Positions 63,576 through 64,000 of a DNA stretch of 64,000 nt are shown piece after piece (positions within the stretch are counted from its first letter, which is position 1; the number at the start of each line of letters is the position of its first letter). The position numbers and the translations under genes are program-made. The notes beneath the pieces were generated by a model. That model was not told the origin of the DNA and searched no databases. It saw nothing but the letters and a program-made list of their open reading frames with translations. Source of the stretch: Octopus bimaculoides. Taxonomy: Eukaryota. The stretch lies in assembly GCF_001194135.2 (NCBI RefSeq), contig NC_069000.1, positions 42,777,787 through 42,841,786 of the forward strand. The letters run 5' to 3'.

Positions 63576-64000
63576 TGATAAAGTGCATATGTCCATAATG
63601 TCAAACGGGAGTCACCAAAGGCGCTTAAGGATCTAACAGCTCTCTGAAAAATAAAACAATAACAAAAACGAAATCGAGATTTCTTTTGTATAATTCTTCC
63701 TTGTATTGACATCACGTTTCAACTTCGCATAATGACTACGGAGTCACAGAGAGCATCGTAATTTCATAAAAGTAATTAATACAAAATCATCAGTCAATTT
63801 TCCAATTCTAGCTGCAGCTGCCATCGACTATACTATGTCACTATCTTCAAGGCACAGGCGAAGAAGCGTCCATTTGCTAGGAAGCTGTGAGACCTATTAG
63901 AAATTATCACTTTCAAGTGCAAAAAAATTTGTATCTCACATAACTGAATATTTGAAACAGAGCCCATCACACTTCGTTCGTCTGACCGGTTAAAAATTGC

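Noticed and set aside
1-64000. Most ORFs in the supplied track ([18 protein letters not shown], poly-X, poly-M/D/S/H/F)
   Set aside because: They are translations of dinucleotide or trinucleotide microsatellites and N gaps, with no codon-level complexity.

Overview
This is AT-rich eukaryotic genomic DNA from a draft assembly. It has about two dozen N gaps, nearly all bounded by (TA)n, (CA)n or (GA)n microsatellites. The SINE and microsatellite landscape matches what I recall of octopod (Octopus-like) genomes; this is an inference from memory, not a search. I find no convincing host protein-coding gene, and almost every ORF in the supplied track is a microsatellite, low-complexity or gap artefact. 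The window is an intronic or intergenic transposon graveyard. It holds many tRNA-derived SINE copies from several families; decayed coding remnants of CR1-like, R4/Dong-like, Tx1/L1-like, possibly I-clade, and Penelope-like retroelements; Tc1/mariner and pogo-like ends; and three different TTAA-flanked foldback MITEs. The most interesting signal is RNA-structural: at least five minimal type-I hammerhead ribozyme motifs. One apparently intact hammerhead (minus strand, 21457-21514) sits inside a ~450-bp MITE with ~118-bp inverted repeats. A separate multicopy element carries an atypical CUG-U-N-GA core. Also notable are a 3' tail shared between a CR1-like LINE and the commonest SINE, and a SINE that appears to be split by an internal microsatellite. 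SINE family letters A-E are my own working labels.
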